A stretch of DNA of 64,000 nucleotides from Gnetum montanum (Eukaryota > Plantae > Gnetophyta), in assembly GCA_015680685.1 (NCBI GenBank), contig MNCI01000556.1:1065931-1129930 (forward strand), in the 5' to 3' direction. Positions 58,613 to 64,000 of the stretch are shown piece by piece (the stretch's first letter is position 1; each line of letters starts with the position of its first letter). The translations under genes were made by a program, and so were the position numbers. Under the pieces are notes generated by a model that searched no databases, was not told the DNA's origin, and saw only the letters and a list, made by a program, of their open reading frames with translations.

Positions 58613-61600
58613 GAGCAAGCCCAATGGATTGTTAGCATTTATCCGCACCTTTAATCATCGATGGGCTGTATGGGAAGATCGCGAGAAACATTGACATAAA
58701 TATCATCCACTTAAGTTTATCAACTGACGATGCAGTCATAGCCTCAACATAGCAAACGCTAGATAACTACAAAAGTATGACAAAGCCCCTTGACATAGAA
58801 GCTGAAAACATCACTGAAGACTCGTTGACCAAAATCCCCATCGCCATGCCCGATGGAGAAATTAAAATATTAAAACTAAGTACATTACTACAACCTCAAC
58901 TGGCCAAAGACATAGAGGATGTGCTTAGGGACAACATAAAAGCATTTGTGTGATCATACACGGACATGCCCAGATTGGATCCTCGAATCATCCAGCATAA
59001 TATTATCCTTGATCCAAAATTGAGGCCAGTGAAGCAAAAGGCACGAAAGGTTAAACCTGAGGTGGCATTGGCAGTTCGCAATGAGATCACCAAGCTTTGT
59101 CAGGCTAGTTTCATTTAGGCTGTCGATTACGCCAATTGGGTATCCAACATGGTCATTGTCTTGAAAAAGAACGAAAGTATTTGCTTATGCATTGACTTCT
59201 GGGATCTAAATGTTGCAACCATAAAAGATGATTTCCCCCTACCTAGCATCGATCAACTTGTTGACTCGACCACTGGGCATGCCCTATTATCTTTTATTGA
59301 TGGTTTCTCAGGATACAACTAAATGCGCATTAACCCGGAGCATCAGCTCCAGACTACCTTTATGACGCCATGGGGAAAATTTTGTTATACAATGATGCCC
59401 TTTGGTCTCAAGAACGCTGGAGCCACATATCAAAGGGCGATAACATTCATTTTTAGTGACTACATGCTACACTCACTCAACGATTATGTGGACGATATCA
59501 TGGTCAAATCGAAGACATCAGAACAACATGTACAAGATCTTGACCTAGTACTAAAGCATTGTTTAAAATATGAACTGAGAATTAATCCAAAGAAATGCGT
59601 CTTCGGCATCAAAACTGGCAAAATGCTTGGATTCATAGCCACGGAAGTAGGGATATGAGTAGCCCCCGATAAAGTTAAGGCCATAATAAACTTAAAACCA
59701 CCTGGAAACCTTACTGAACTTTGAGGTCTACAAGGTAGATTACAGTTCATCAGACATTTCATAGAAAAACTAATAGACAAGTTAAAACCTGTGAACCACT
59801 TGCTACACAAGAACGTCCATTTTGAATGGACTGCACAGTGCCATGAAGCATTCAACAATATTAAAGCAGCACTTGTTCAACTACCCATGGTTTATCCACC
59901 CCAGAATGATAAACTGTTTTACATCTACTTCGCCCCTTTGGACTCGTCAATCGTGTCTATGCTTTGCCAGAAACAAGATAACAGAACCAAAGTCCCTGTC
60001 TATTACTTAAGCCATGCATTAGTTGCCCATGAGAGAAGGTATAATGAGGTGGAGAGGTCATGATTAGCCATGGTCTTCTCTCTAAAGAAATGGCAACATT
60101 ACCTCTTTCGTAATCAATTTAACATAATTTGCAAGGATAATGTGCTCAGAGCCATCACCGGAAACATTTACAAGACAAGTCGAATAGCCCGTTGGAAAGC
60201 CATGATAGCCGAGTTTGACCTACATTACATAGCGCAATCATCAGTTAAGGGTCAAGCCATAGCAAATCAAATAACCATGTCACCAACACACAATGAAGTA
60301 ATGATAAAGCCAAAATTCTCACATGAAAATGTAAGCGCAATAGACATAGTACCCAATGACTACGACGCCATTCTAAACTTTGATGGAGCATCCACCTCTC
60401 GAGGGGGAAGTGCTACCACTGTCATCACCTATCCCTCCGGGGAGATCAGACCCTTCGCTTATCACTTCATCTTTCACTGTACCAACAACATAGCAGAGTA
60501 CGAAGGTCTCCTTAGAGGTCTCGCGGCAGCACTAGCTTCAGACATTACACGACTGGTAGTCAGGGGAGATTCACAATTGGTTTTGAACTAAGTCACAGAT
60601 ATCTATATATGCAAAGTGCAATACTTACAACCATACTGTGACTTAGCCAAATATCTAATGAAACAATTCGAAAACATAGACACGCAACATGTCTCTAGAA
60701 ACGACAATACCATCGCAGACGCACTGGCCACATTAGCATTAAACATATCCCCTGACATGTTCCACACGTTGCCAAGCTCCATAATCAGTTGTGCGAAACC
60801 AATAACCGATAATCTTGATATGTTGCCAATAGCATCCGTTAGTACAACACATGCGATAGAATGGTATGATGACATAAAAGAGTACCTTCTACATGGTGAA
60901 ACACTGCAACACTTAATGAATGCACAAAAGGATGCGGTACGAAAACATTCTAGGCAATACGCACTGGTAGGGGACACCTTATGTCATTGATCCTATGAAG
61001 GCATATTGCTAACATGCGTTAGTAGCACTAATGCCCAAACCATCGTTGAGCAAGTACACAACAGACTATGCGGAGGACATATAGCACCTAAAGAGATGGA
61101 AACAAAGATAAGACGCTTAGGATATTATTGGCCACACATGGAGTATGATTGTCTCTCCAAGGCTAAGACATGCAGTACCTGTCAAATACATAGTAATCTA
61201 ATCCATGTTCCACCAAATGAGTTGAATATAGCACAAATCACATGGCCCTTTCAAAAGTGGGGATTGGACCTTATCGGACCAATAACACCCTCATCTTCGG
61301 CAAGGCATAGTTTCATTATAACCGTGATAGAATACTTCATGAAGTGGGTAGAAGTTGTTTTCCTTCGAAATACCACATTTAAACATGTCTGCAACTTCAT
61401 TCTCGAAAACATTGTGACCTGTTTTGGCATCCCCATGACCATCATCACTGACAACAGGCCGTAATTTAGCAGTGCTGAAACCAAAACTTTTTGTCAAATT
61501 CTGGGGATCAAAAATTCATTTTCATCCCCTTACTACCCTCAGAGTAATGGGCAAGAAGAGGTAAAAAACAAAACCATCATTACAATACTTAACAATATGC

Positions 61601-62100
61601 TTACCCAAAGCAAGAGAAGATGGCATGAACAGTTGGTATACGCATTGTGGGCCTATCGCACGACACATCAAACATCAACAGGTAAAATTCCATATAGCCT
61701 GGTTTACGGTTTAGAAGCTGTTTTACCCTTGGAATTACAGGTACCATCTTTAAGGATTACACTTTCCGGACTCCTCGACGAAAGGCAAAACAATGACCTA
61801 CACATCATTGACCTGCACTCGATGGAGGAGAAATGCATATGTGCACTCGATCAAATTGAATGGTACCAAAAACAACAATGGCAGCACCATTGGCATGACA
61901 TTCATAAGCGTCCCATCAAAGAAGGTGACCTTGTACTCAAAGCCATTCGGGATCACCTGGAAAAATTCTTAGCCAACTGGGAAGGGCCCTACTTGGTCAC
62001 CAAAGCATTTGACAATGGAGCATTCAAGTTAGCTGATATGGAAGGGAATGAACTCATAAATCCAACCAATCACTCATTCTTGAAACCATTCCACATCTAA
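58613..62100 (+). pseudogene. Family B RT-RNaseH-aRH-integrase (single frame, in-frame stops)
   Basis: AFV*SYTDMPRLD, CIDFWDLN, MPFGLKNAGATYQR, YVDD, LNFDGAS..CTNNIAEYEGL..GDSQLV (aRH), H-H-C-C plus WPFQKWGLDLIGP, NWEGPY. Begins after a candidate acceptor AG at 58611-58612; in-frame ATG at 58624. Confidence 0.95.
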
Positions 62101-62119
62101 ACATAGTCAGGTACATGTG

Positions 62120-62452
62120 AGTCCTGGCGTCACGACTATAAACTGATACCACAGCTCGTCCTGGAATCATGACGATAAACTGATACCATAGAATAGTGCA
62201 GGAATCATGACTTAAAACTGATACCACAGCTCGTCCTGACATCATGATGATAAAATGATACCATACAGTGTCTGTAATGATAATAAACTAGCACCTATCT
62301 GGTACGACAGTAAACTACCATAGTTGAATTCACCAGAATCCGCTAAGACTAGAAACTGGCAATGCACCGTCTGCCATGACGCTAAACGAGTAATGTCCAA
62401 TGGGTCATGACATAAAACTAACCCATGATAGTCAGCTATGACTATAAACTGG
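62120..62452 (+). repeat. 3' UTR TAAACT-motif array (family B)
   Basis: atgacgataaactgatacca, gactataaact, gacttaaaact, gacagtaaact and similar, ~10 copies. Confidence 0.8.
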
Positions 62453-63496
62453 CAATTTCATCTCTGGTTACTCAATCGGGGACTGCATTCAAACTTCATC
62501 AGAACTGCTACATCACTCACTAATCGGCTGATCCTAAAGCCATTGCTGCTACTCATATACGATGCCTGAAATCTCATCCAGTGCCTTTGTTCCATCAGTA
62601 GCTCTTTAAGTCTAAGCTCGCTTACTCACTCATGGTTTTCTTGTTCTCTTGGAGTTGTGTTTGCAGGATGACACTCAGATGTGTTCGTACAAGAATGCAC
62701 TTCATCATAAGCAGCAAGGTGAGACGTTGTTTCCAGCGCATGCGATAAGACTAAATCAAACCATTCACTAGTACATTCCCCATTTCATATCCTGCCTATT
62801 CCTCAACACCCTGTACTTTTTTATATCCCGAGTGCATCTAGTATAGCCTGAAACATCGAACATACCGTTGCATACCGCATCACTCCTAAGTGGTTGCAAC
62901 CCACATCATGGCATTCTAGCATAAGCATAAGAGCAAAAAAAGAAGAAGAAAAAAAACATCGTCCCTCCCCATATAAAACACATGACGAGACGGTAGTTGC
63001 CTCAAAAGAAAACAATCATGTCTAAAACAATCAAGAAACATCCAGCTACATGGCTTTGGCTCTCCGCCAACAGGTTCCCCCTAAACACTAAACAAGAGGC
63101 CTGTTCCTCCAAAGAATGCAACACATCCTCATGTGGCTTTGGTCTTGCCAACAAGTCGTCTTAGACACTAACTAAGAGTCTTGTTCTGCCAAAGGATGCA
63201 AATCACATATCTTGATTCCGAGTCGGCTAAACAATGGCTATTGACAAGGATTAGCATGATCCATATACACATCAGAACATCCCCTTCACCATGCATAACC
63301 ATGATTTCTCCCGAATCCCCATAGTTTCCATTTCCCTATCCAGCTACAAATTTCACTTCCCTAATCCTATGTACTATTGGACACGATGCGATGATGTCTA
63401 GTCAAGTGGCAAAAGACAAAGTCTTTATCGAGTTGCTTGTGGTGTTTTTGCACTTCTTTGTCGACGCTTCTCGGGTCGATTCCTCCAAGCATCAAT

Positions 63497-63505
63497 AAAG
63501 AGGGG
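63497..63505 (+). promoter_or_regulatory. Polypurine tract of family B (aaagagggg)
   Basis: 4 nt upstream of the TGAAACACC LTR start. Confidence 0.85.
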
Positions 63506-63509
63506 CCAA

Positions 63510-64000
63510 TGAAACACCATAAAATTTTGAGCTTAGTAATTTTTCAAAAAGAATAAAGCTAAGTCACGATGCTCCCCAGCATGACTAAAGCTTGAGGACC
63601 CCACAAACAGCTTCAAGCAGAGTTGAACTCAATGAGGAGCAATTCCTTGGGACCCATCGATGACCACGACAACATCTGCTATCAAACCTGGCAACTTCGA
63701 AGCTTAAAATACTTAGTTTATACTAAGTATGTATTCTTAGTGTATACGCCCAACGTATATGCCCGATGTTCACAGTGTATATGCCCCATATTGCATCTAC
63801 AACGTAGACGTCAAGCGTACATGCCCAGCGTATACGCCCCACATGTATGCTTAGCAGGTACGACTGATGTATACGCCCGACGAACAATCCCTAAAGACAG
63901 CATGAAAATAGCACTACAGAACAAGATTTAGTACAAGGCAGCAAATATCACGAATAGGGCAACCATCAACGTATATGCCCATCGTATACACCCAGCACAT
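63510..64000 (+). repeat. Family B 3' LTR (partial, truncated by window edge)
   Basis: Direct repeat of 46608 onward; mostly C/T and G/A differences. Confidence 0.93.

Larger units (their letters stand above)
46608..64000 (+). mobile_element. Family B: ~18-kb Tat-lineage Ty3/gypsy LTR retrotransposon with antisense cargo gene between PR and RT (3' LTR runs off the window)
   Basis: 5' LTR 46608-47864, PBS, gag-PR 48448-52647, cargo cassette, RT-RH-aRH-INT to 62100, PPT, 3' LTR from 63510. Confidence 0.95.

Overview
AT-rich, methylation-eroded plant-type genomic DNA made almost entirely of retroelements; I see no host gene. From the left: a full-length but decayed L1-type LINE (2124-7818, minus, 16-bp TSD); old Ty3/gypsy relics (a Tat-like pol at ~12.2-15 kb and two chromovirus-like pol regions at ~15.3-22.3 kb); and a nested pair of related Tat-lineage (RT-RH-aRH-INT, tRNA-Asn PBS) LTR retrotransposon families. 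Family A is a minus-strand tandem dimer sharing one LTR (23281-46607). A family B element (46608 to beyond 64000, plus strand) is inserted in the RT/RH region of the second A unit. Main finding: in both families gag-PR and RT-RH-aRH-INT are separated by a ~6-kb cassette carrying an antisense, TATA-driven, 8-exon gene (~1080 codons). Its exon structure and protein sequence are conserved between the two diverged families. The protein reads as an FCP1/NIF-like HAD pseudophosphatase, then a plant-mobile-domain-like helical region, an acidic tract and a coiled coil. Arrays of short motifs bracket the cassette and recur in the 3' UTR, LTRs and cargo introns, suggesting a self-encoded regulatory or anti-silencing system. 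All domain calls are by eye; no searches were run.
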